Source: Octopus sinensis (taxonomy: Eukaryota). Taken from it: 64,000 nucleotides of DNA. Both the position numbers and the translations under genes were made by a program. The stretch covers positions 58,838,001-58,902,000 of the forward strand of contig NC_042998.1 of NCBI RefSeq assembly GCF_006345805.1. Direction: 5' to 3'. The notes under the pieces are model-generated. The model ran no database searches, was not told the origin of the DNA, and worked only from the letters and a program-made list of their open reading frames with translations. Shown here one piece after another: positions 52,990 through 64,000 of this stretch; the stretch's first letter is position 1; each line of letters begins with the position of its first letter.

Positions 52990-53685
52990 ATGTATGTATG
53001 TATGTATGTATGTATGTATGTATGTATGTATGTATGTATGTATGTATACATGCATGAATGCATATATGTATGCATGTATGTATGTATATGGAGAGAGAGT
53101 GAGAGATGGAAGTTACGCAGCACAATGTTTTATATTGTTACGTTATTTTACTTCATTCAGTCTACAACCGCATCGAGCGGAGTAGACGTAATCAGAAGAG
53201 GCAGACATGTACAAGCACACGCATACATATGTATACACACACACACACATATATGTGTATGTGCGCATTAGCATATGTCTATATGTGTAGACATTCGTAT
53301 ATATTACGTGTGTAATCTGCTAGTGTAGCATGCTTCTTTATATGTAATATCCAGAATTGTCTTTTTATATTCTGCTTGCGTTCTGCATAGAGATATGCTC
53401 TTTTGTAGGTTTTACGTTTCTTTTTCTGTGCTGGAATGGCCACTTCATTTGAGAAAGGATTGATTTTGCTATTGTCTATTTATTTATTTAATGCTTCCAG
53501 AATATTTCCTTTAAGAATATATTTTGAGACTTTCGATTTTTCTTTTTATATTCGTCTTAATTATGATCATTTAAAATGTTTGCCTAGTTCTCTTGATTCA
53601 TCGCATTCCCCCTATAGTACAGTTCGTCTCATATTGTAGAATTCTTTTTTGTCTTTCCCACCATATCAATCTCGTTGCTTGTCTA

Positions 53686-53728
<43 letters not shown>

Positions 53729-54001
53729 TTTCTTTGTTTTCTTTTTCGCATTTCTTCTTTAAAATAACATGCAAGCTAATTTCCCATTCTAAAGTAATTC
53801 ACATTAGAATATTCTCTTACATGCATTTCAACATGCTTCGTAATATTGCTTCACCTTCATGTATCACACTGTAAGCCGTTTCCATCTCTCTAGCATCACC
53901 CGCATCCTTTTCCCCTCCCTTAACATCACACACAATACATACATATATACATACATAAATACATACATACATATATCATATATCACATATATATATCATA
54001 T

Positions 54002-54056
<55 letters not shown>

Positions 54057-54461
54057 TATATATATATTATATATATATGTATGTATGTATATGTATATGA
54101 AATACTTGGTCAAAGTTTTCTTTCCGTGACGTTGTGGAACCACTCTTAGGTCACGTATCTTATGTGAAACTAACTCTAAAATTTCGCAATCGAATAATGA
54201 AATATATTGGTTATCACTTAAAACAAAAACGTAAAGCAAAGAAAGCGAATAAAATACTCGACCAAAATATCCGTTAGCTGTCTGTCTGTCTGTCTCTCTC
54301 TCTTTTTCTCTTCATTTCTCTCTCTTACCTGTTTTCTTTTTCCTATGCTGTCCTCTCTCTTACTCTCTTATTCTTATCATCATTTGTTCTCAGTTACAGT
54401 TTCTTATATAAGCCACAGACACACACACGTACGCACATACACACAGACACACAGACACACA

Positions 54462-54510
<49 letters not shown>

Positions 54511-54797
54511 CTCTCTCTCCCTCTCACCCATAAATATTCTCTCGTTCACACTCCTTCATATATGCGCTTTCACTTTTTCCTTCTCTTTTGTTTCACTTTG
54601 TCTTTCTCCCCCTCTCTCTCCCTCTCTGTCACACACAAAGATGGCTACTCACTCACACACAGTCTCATGTACACTCTCAGTTTGAACTTTACTTTCTCTT
54701 GTGTTTTTCATACACATAGTCTCTCTCCCTCCACTTCTCTATCACTCTTCCTCTTCTACCTTTCTCTCTATCGTTCCCGCTTTCTTATCCCTTTCTC

Positions 54798-54900
<103 letters not shown>

Positions 54901-55820
54901 TAATCTCTGTATGTATGTATGTATGTATTTATATATCTATCTATCTATTTCTCTCTCTCTGTACTTCTTTGTTCCTTCTACTTATATCTATGTTTTCTTC
55001 TCTCTCCCTCTCTGTTTCTTTCTTCCTCTTTACTTACACTGTTTGCACCCATCTCTCTACTTCTCCCAAAATACCTCCCCCTTCTCTCTCTAGCCTCTCC
55101 CGTCTCTCTCTACCTCCCTCTTTCTACACCTCTCTTTCTATGCCCCTCTTTCTACCTCTCTCTCTGTCTCTCTCTCTCTCCTCGCACCAAATCGATATGA
55201 AGCACTGACACAAACTCAAACCAACCGTCATTTTGAATTTTACATCACGTTTTCGTCCTTACACTCTTGTCTGTATCTTCAAACAATTAACATCATTTCC
55301 CTTCATAAATGACCCTGCTCCAACTATGATAAGCGTGAATCGTTATCATACTCGAGATAAAAATTAATCGTTAGGATGGAACAGCAAGCAAGTAATACAT
55401 AAAATATAATACGATAAATCAAATACAATATATTACTAAAAAAATGTAATATAATATAATATAATATAATATAATATAATATAATATATGATATAATATA
55501 ATATAATATAATATATGTAATATAATATAATGAATGTAGCAATTCGAAGCACACATGCATACGTAAACATACATGCATACACACATGCATACACAAAATA
55601 CTGATAGATACATGAAATATAAACACGTACATCATAAACAATATTTACAAAACACACCAATGCAAAAGCAACACAGGATATAAACACACACATACCCGCA
55701 AGCACACGCCCACATACACATACTATACACATATGCACATGTATACAAGCACACATGCACATACACATATATATGTCTAGATATAGTGTTACACATACAT
55801 ACATACATATATATATATGC

Positions 55821-55879
<59 letters not shown>

Positions 55880-55891
55880 AGTGTGTGTGCG

Positions 55892-55924
<33 letters not shown>

Positions 55925-55926
55925 TA

Positions 55927-55961
<35 letters not shown>

Positions 55962-56665
55962 AGTGTGTGTGCGTATATATATGTATAATTCATATAAATG
56001 TGCACACACATATATGCATTGATACATATGCATAACAAAAAAATCAATAGGAATTATGAAATTTTTTTTGTAAAAATGTGTTACATTACAATTAAATAAA
56101 CTAACAAAGCAAAAGAAAAATGAAACAAAAAAAATTAACAAATATAAAGAAATATCGATAAACACAAACTGAAGCAAAAGACAAAGAAACAAAGAAACAG
56201 AGAACTACAACAACAATAATAACAACATCATCTGAGAACGAAAACAACAATAAACGCTACTGCAAGAAAACGTTGGAAACATGAGAGTTGAGAGATGACT
56301 ATTTCGACATCTTATAACACTTCTGTTTATATGGGAGATTATGGGATGGAAATCCGTGAACTTCGCCATTACTCTAAGTAGGAGCCTTTATATGGCAATT
56401 AATTTTTGTCTAGAAATGGCAGTCAAAGCTTCTTCTGTTTTACACTAATTTACACCCTATGGATGTATACCATGAAAAGAATTGGAACTTTATGTCCACA
56501 TGGATGTATACGTCTATAGCCATTCCATAATTAATGATGCTTATTAACATTAAAACGATCCATGATCTTCAGTCCACGATCTTCAACATGATAAATATGA
56601 TGATGGATATCAAATATGATGACGGTGATGATGATGACGACGATGACGATGACGATGACTATGAT

Positions 56666-56770
56666 GCCGCCTTCGCCGCCGTCTACGCCGCCTTCGCCGC
56701 CGTCTACGCCGCCTTCGCCGCCGTCTACGCCGCCTTCGCCGCCGTCTACGCCGCCTTCGCCGTCGTCTAC
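56666..56770. repeat. GC-rich 21-bp minisatellite gccgccttcgccgccgtctac x5 inside (GAT/GAC)n
   Basis: Four identical units plus one with a single substitution. Confidence 0.95.
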
Positions 56771-57126
56771 GCCGCCGACGACGATGATGACGATGTCAAT
56801 AATGACGACGACGACGATAGCGATGATGATGATTCCAATACAACAATAAGGAATAATTACCATTAACAAATCGTGCTCTATTGGACCGACTATAACTGCT
56901 CACCTAAACCGATTTTGTACATAGACGAAACGTTTGTAATGTTTGGTTGGTCAAAGCTGGAAAGCTTTTAATTATAGGTACTGATGAACAAAGTTGTCTT
57001 GGGTTAAAAATCAACAATTTCAACGAAGTTTGCTTCCCAAGTACATGGTTGTAGTTTAAAAAAATAATATAGATATAATTGTAAGGTTATTGGAACCTTG
57101 AATCAGGCAGTATCTCATGATTAATT

Positions 57127-57537
57127 ATTTCTTTATTGTCCACTGGGGGCTAAACATAGAGGGGACAAACAAGGACAGACAAAGGGATTAAGTCGATTAT
57201 ATCGGCCACAGTGCGTAACTGGTACTTAATTTATCGACCCCGAAAGGATGAAAGGCAAAGTCGACCTAGGCAGAATTTGAACTCAGAACGTAACGGCAGA
57301 CGGCAGACGAAATACCTATTTCTATTTCTTTACTACCCACAAGGGGCTAAACACAGAGAAGACAAACAAGGACAGATAAACAGATTAAGTCGATTATATC
57401 GACCCCAGTGCGTAACTGGTACTTATTTAATCGACCCCGAAAGGATGACAGGCAAAGTCGACCTCGCCGGAATTTCGGCAGACGAAATTCCGCTAAGCAT
57501 TTCGCCTGGCTAATAATTCTGCTAACTCACCGCCTTA
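57127..57537 (-). mobile_element. SINE-A dimer with small internal deletions and duplications
   Basis: Junction gacgaaatac|ctatttc near 57315; head ctaactcaccgcc at 57525-57537. Confidence 0.85.
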
Positions 57538-58277
57538 ATGTATCTCATGATTAATATGCTTACATCTGTAACTAAAACGATTAAATAATTCTTAGAATTC
57601 TAGAATATAAATTAAATGGTTAATATGAATATAAGGTTTTATATACAGGTAATTGTACTATATATATTATATATAGTTTACCGAAACTTTAATTTCGGCA
57701 CGTACCTCGTGAATATATGATTAATAACTTATGACTGGCCAACCAATTTAAGTTAGAGATACACTGTATTAATTTAATTTAATATTGGTTTTAACTTTAT
57801 TAATTTTTCAATTAATTAATTTGATTTGTTAATATTTATGTTTTCCCCGATTAGATTATTCATTTCTTTTCTTACAACTGTGTACTAATATCGATGACGT
57901 AATGTTCAACCATGATGATTAGTAAACAGTTTTGATTTCGTCATCATTTCGTAGCTTTCAACACTTTAACACACGCGCGCAACAATACATAATAACGATT
58001 TAAAAAAAAATATATACACCTGTTGCTAAAACATACATATCTGAGCATATCAAAGGTCAACCAACACGTTGGAGTGTAGCTCCTTTCTAACAAATTCTCT
58101 CCCCTGACGAAAATCGAGATGAAAATTTAAAGTTATTTAATTTCATTCCTCAAATTAAATTAATTGGGTATGGAAACAGCTGTAGGTATAGAGAATTTGA
58201 TGTTATACAGAATGGAATTTGTTCAAATAAATTATTGTGTATATATATCAATTTCTCCATTTTGTTTTTCTTACAAG

Positions 58278-58324
<47 letters not shown>

Positions 58325-58773
58325 ACACACACACACTTGCAATTCACATACTCGTAAGTCACATAGGCAAAAAAGAAGAAAAAATAACGAAACTAACCAG
58401 CCCTTAGTTAATCATGTACTCGCTTCGGGATTAGAATGGTGTAAAATTCATTTCCTTCGTCAGCATGATACTCTAGATTATATATTTGAAAATGCTAATA
58501 AAACCATGCACGCTGAATCATGCTACATCGAACATAACATAAGAGAAACACCATTTCCGAATTTTTATAGAAGAGTAATTCCGTATATCTCTCCCCAAGT
58601 TCCCCATGTGCGTTTTCTTCTTTTTTGTCCATATGAATTGCAAGTATTACTATTTGTGGAGATATATTGTAGTAGAAGAACTAGTAGTTTGACTGCTATT
58701 TCTAAATTTCGGTATGTGGAGAAACAACTTTTGCTGATCCCTTAATTATGTGCGTGTGTATGTGTGTGTGTGC

Positions 58774-58822
<49 letters not shown>

Positions 58823-60439
58823 TATATATATATATATGTATATAATCTTATTTAATTTACATCTTTCAATCTGCTCTTCGTTCTCACTAAAGAATATTCT
58901 GTTCAATTAAATTTAAATAATTGTATTTGTGGTAGTGTATTGATGTATGAGTGGATTTATTTCGAAATTTCTGTGTAGCTATAATTTTACCTAGTAACAA
59001 GAGATCAAACTTTTCCCCTTAGCATAATATTGAAATTCTCTGTGAAATAACTTCCCAATTTCCGGAAATCATCTTATTTCTGTAAGAGTCATTAACAAGT
59101 GCCTCTAGGAATTTTGTTTGATTTCTACAGTTAAAAGGCGAAATTTCAATTTAGATAATTCATCATTTAAATTCACACCATTTGAGTTAATTTCGCTTAG
59201 TTCACTGCTAGTAATTACACGGATTACTACCGGCCGAAATTGTTTTTAACTCTTTACTGCTCTCAAAAGTCTCTGCTCAGTGATCAAATAGGCTTGATAA
59301 AATGATGTGTAGCTGATGAAACACATAAGATCAAAATATACCCCCAACCATCACGTTTCCATGAAGCAAGGCTAAAATTTATTCCATAAGAATGAAAATT
59401 ACATTTTCTGTGAAAGTCTTTCTTAATTGCTTGAAATTATCTCCTTTCTTTTGAGAGTCGCTAACAGTTACGACTACGTTTTTGATATTTGTCTTTTGCT
59501 GTTTGAAGTATTTTTGTCTCAGCGTTGTTTGCAACACAAAGAAGCGAGCTTGAATTAATGAAGAGTTTTTGAATAAATAATTCAATACATCTCCATCTAC
59601 ACGAATTATATGAAATCGAAACATTTGTCAACTTGATTTTCTTTCTCACCTTCAATCTGTTTTTATAGATATGATTTGGTACGCTGGCTCTTTGCTTCTC
59701 GTTCGTCTGACAAACTTTCACTTTCTACATGAATTTCAGTTTTGGTCTTTAAGCTTTCTGGGACACAGTTATTTTTTTCCCTATTTTATCTTCCCACTCT
59801 AAATTTCTGCTTTCCTTCCCTCTCGTTCACCTTGTACGACCGGTTACTAATCTGCTCACATTACCATGCTCTTTTTCACTTCTCTCTCTTCCCACGTCTC
59901 CCTAGATTCCCTCCTTCACTATTAAGTGACACTTCCATTTGCATTTCTTCTCATATATTTCTTTTATACCTTTGACAAAGTGGCAAAGTCTTGTGGGTGT
60001 GAGTAGAGGAGAAAGTAATGATCAGAAACTTCACTAGAGAAATTGCAACAGAATACACTAAGCGAAAGGTACCCAAAGTCACAGATGATGGTTTTAAACC
60101 GGTCAACGGATTAAATCTCCTCTCTATAACTAAAGCAGCATCACCACTTACTGCTTCCCTTTACGCCCAGCGAAGTACAAAAGCTCATAACGCTAAATGC
60201 TACGTCCCTAATAACAACTAAAATTATCTAAATCTTCTATAAACACTCTCAGCATTTCATGCCACCATAGACTATTAACACTTTCTAGAATTTAAGACTT
60301 TGATGTATAACAAAATATCAGAATTTCATTTCAAAACTCTTATCCATTAACGAGCTGTAGAAATACCTTATGAATTTGGTCATTTTACTGCTGCTAAAGA
60401 ATCAATACAAAAAATTATTGATCTAAAAGCTTATTATTA

Positions 60440-60496
<57 letters not shown>

Positions 60497-61045
60497 TTAG
60501 AAGCCACTTCGTAAATGTTTCTTTTAAATTTGTTAAAATAATTTTGTTTCTATTTTTCTTCAAAGAATATTCCCACCAGGCAAAATGTGGGTGTTTAGTC
60601 ATGAGTTATTCAAATCGCATTATCACATAAAATAGATATGTCATTAATTTTGTATGTATGTATGCATGTATGTATATGTATATATTACCTATATAAATAT
60701 GGATATATATGTATACCTACACACACACCACACATATATACAATTTATCTATGTAATATATTATATTATATATATATATATAATATAATATATATATATA
60801 TATATATATAATATAAATATATGTATATACTCATATACACACACGTACAATTTTAAGTGTGAATGTCTGTGTTTGTGCATGTGTGTGTGTGTGTGTTTGT
60901 GTTTGTGTGTGTGTGAGTGAGTGTATTTTCAGGTGTTATATTTAAATTTTTAAAACTACAAGTTGTCTGCAACCACGCACGACTATATTCATGTATATGT
61001 TTGCAAACGATTCTTTGTGTGTGCGAGTTTGCGTGCAAGTTGGTT

Positions 61046-61077
<32 letters not shown>

Positions 61078-61150
61078 TGTATGTATGTATGTATGTATGT
61101 ATGTATGCATCATGTCCGTCCGCCCGTCGCTCTATATGTCTATCTATCTA

Positions 61151-61246
<96 letters not shown>

Positions 61247-61618
61247 ATCATCATCATGTGTGCTATTCTGCATATCTGTGTAGGTGTGTATACGTAACAA
61301 TTCGTAAAATTATTAGATGTTATGTAGAATGGGGAAAACCAGTAGGTGTAAGGTATGGACTGAACTCTGTGACATATGTTTATAAATTTGTAAAAATAAA
61401 CATTTTGAGTGGTGTCAATTTAATAAGCAGAAAAGGAACGGGTGAAGATAATTAAATATGTCGCCCAATTACAAAATGTTATGGTGAAAAGGAAAACTCG
61501 CTTATACATACAAACACATGTGCACACATATACAAATGCATATATGTGTATATATATATATATAAATACGTTTATATATATACAGAGAGAGAGAGAGAGG
61601 GAGAGAGAGAGAGAGACC

Positions 61619-61661
<43 letters not shown>

Positions 61662-61929
61662 TGTATGTATATACGCATGTATATGCATACGCAAATAGAT
61701 ATATGCATGCATATACAAATATGATTATAAATGTATATATAATTATATATACAAATATGCTTATATTTATATGCATATATTTGTATATGTCAATGTATGT
61801 GTACACACAAATACACACACACATATATTTATATTTTATGATGTATATGTTTGTGTATATCAATGCATATGACTATATAACAATGTGTGTGTGTGTATCA
61901 TTATATTAGTATATACATGCTTACATGGC

Positions 61930-62135
61930 ATCGAACTGGCAGAATTGTCACTTCGCCGAGAAAGAAAATGCTTAGTGACATTCCTTCCGACTTTACGTCT
62001 TGAGTTCAAATGCTTCAGGGATCGACTTTGCCTTTCGTCCCTTTCGGGGTCGATAAAAGAAGTGCCAGTCGAGCAGTGGTATCGATGTAATCGACTTGTA
62101 CCCCCCAACACGATTGCTGGCTTGTGCCAGAATAT
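61930..62135 (+). mobile_element. SINE-A diverged copy
   Basis: gaactggcagaattg..ttgagttcaaatg..gatgtaatcgactt. Confidence 0.75.
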
Positions 62136-62799
62136 AAAACTAATATAGACGCGCTCATGAATACGTAAGGATCTCTATGTATAACCTCTATTCGCAATTA
62201 TTTATACAAATGCAATTGTATCTCTGTAACGCGTCTGAGTCTTGCTGTTTTAATAAACGCAACATTATAACATTTGCAAATTTTCAGTACAGGGAAATGC
62301 GTCTGTCTATCAATCGATCGATCGATCTATCTATCTATTTGTCTGTCTGATAGTCTGTCATCCAGTTCATCCATCCACCCGTCCATCCATCTCTCTGTCT
62401 CTATAGCTATATCTTCATCTATTTCTTTCAAAGTGTGTTTCTTAACCATACATCCACGCCGTTTCAATTTATTTATTTATCTATCTAGTTATTTATTTCT
62501 TTAAACATTGGGTGAAGCGTTGCTGAGCGGGTCAGTGATTAAAGACATTCCTGCTCATTCTTCACTTGTTTACAGAGACATGGGTGAGTTGATGGATCGT
62601 CGGGTACCTGAGCGTTCGCATATATTATCCGGCTCTCCGTATTCTGAGTTCAAATTCGGCTTGACACAGATTTGTGGCGATGTGGCTGCAGATTCTGACT
62701 GAAATTGTTCTGGGAATTTTCTTATATTTGGCTTAGGAAGAAAGCTTAAAAACAAGGAAAAGAAAAAGAAAAAGAAAGTAACAGTCTTTGCTGTGTCGT

Positions 62800-63190
62800 T
62801 AAAAAATAAAGAAAACTCGGTTTGTAAGCAAGTAGTTTCGGGTTGAGTTCCACTGAGGGGAACATCTATTATAGTCCATAGTCCCAGGTTGAACAATGCC
62901 AAGTGACTGACTTAGGTTGATGGAAAATTGGTCTGGAAGCCCATCGTGTATGTGTGTGTGTGTGTTTGTATATATAATCCTTTCTACTATAGGCACAAGG
63001 CCTGAAATTTTGGGGGGTGGTGTAGTCGATTTCATTGATCCATGTGTTTCACTGGTACTTAATTTATCGACCACGAAAGGGTGAAAGGCAAAATGGACCA
63101 GGGCGGAATTTGAACTCAAAACGTAAAGACGAGCAAAATTCCGCGAAGCATTTCGTTTAGCGCGCTAACGATTCTACCAGCTCGCCGCCT
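62800..63190 (-). mobile_element. SINE-B head (62800-62965) next to SINE-A (62986-63190)
   Basis: Family-diagnostic motifs as in other copies. Confidence 0.75.
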
Positions 63191-63329
63191 TTGTGTGTGT
63201 GTTGTGTGTGTGTGTGTGTATATACATACATACATACATACATACATACATACATGTATACATACATACATAGACAGAAGTATGCATAAATAAATAAATA
63301 AATAAATAAATATATATATGTATATATAT

Positions 63330-63378
<49 letters not shown>

Positions 63379-63872
63379 TCCTGTGCTGTACCCTCTATGT
63401 GTGACATTTATTGTCTTAATATAAAGGTCAGCTAGCAAGCCAAGCAACTCCAGACTGTTGAAGAGCAATGACTTTGAAACTAGTCTCCAAATGCTGGCTT
63501 TACTGGGTGGAGGTGTTTATCTCCCCTGTCTCCTGGGGCTAAATGGCAGTAGCATTATTCCCTTTCCTGGGACTGCCACATTAAGTTGACAACAAACCAT
63601 CACTTTATCGCGCTGTTACTGTATAAGTATCTCTCAGATATTTAGAAATATAATATTTCTAAAGATTTTTCTTTTTTTGGCACAGCAAAATCTAAACCTC
63701 ACTTACAAACATGGGCGAAATATAGGGAACCCCAAATAAATAGTCGATTTGTTCGACTAAAACCTTCAAGGCTGTACCTCTGCATGGCTGCAGTTCAATC
63801 ACTGAAACAAGTGAAAGATGTATGTAAAAAAGATATAGTAATGCTTGAGTTTTAGCTTAAAACTGTGTAGCG

Positions 63873-64000
63873 TACAGTAAACCTTCGAGTAAACCCTTGA
63901 GTATAATACGCAGGGAATTTTTAGGGGGCTGTACCTCTGAAAAACCTAAGCCTTTTGTATAATACGCACTCCTTCTCTAACTTGAGTCGTGCGTAATTAA
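63873..64000 (+). mobile_element. Possible left end of a pogo/Tigger-like DNA transposon; similar terminal motif at 20426
   Basis: TA-cagtaaacc..gagtataatacgca with a repeated subterminal gtataatacgca; no partner TIR inside the window. Confidence 0.35.

Noticed and set aside
58164-60221. Several 67-193-aa ORFs in unique-looking DNA
   Set aside because: No recognisable motifs, one depends on a (CA)n run, splice signals weak

Overview
Eukaryotic, AT-rich, microsatellite-dense non-coding DNA. The SINE, Dong/R4, RTE and Penelope repeat content is most consistent with an octopus genome; this is inference, as no database search was run. There is no complete host gene: most ORFs in the supplied track are microsatellite artefacts, and only one convincing isolated exon candidate was found (17434-17529, +). 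The window holds more than 20 copies of one tRNA-derived SINE (often as nested multimers), three other SINE families, and relics of mariner, Tc1, RTE, CR1-like, Penelope and R4/Dong-type elements. It also holds MITEs, a probable nad5 NUMT and a 1460-bp tandem duplication. Most notable: (1) seven type-I hammerhead ribozyme motifs, four of them as outward-facing pairs inside two unrelated long palindromes (10563-10956, 39156-39749); (2) microsatellite-anchored retroelements, including an RLE-type LINE family flanked by (CATA)n on both sides in both copies. All alignments, folds and translations were done by eye, and repeat boundaries are approximate unless a TSD or TIR is quoted.
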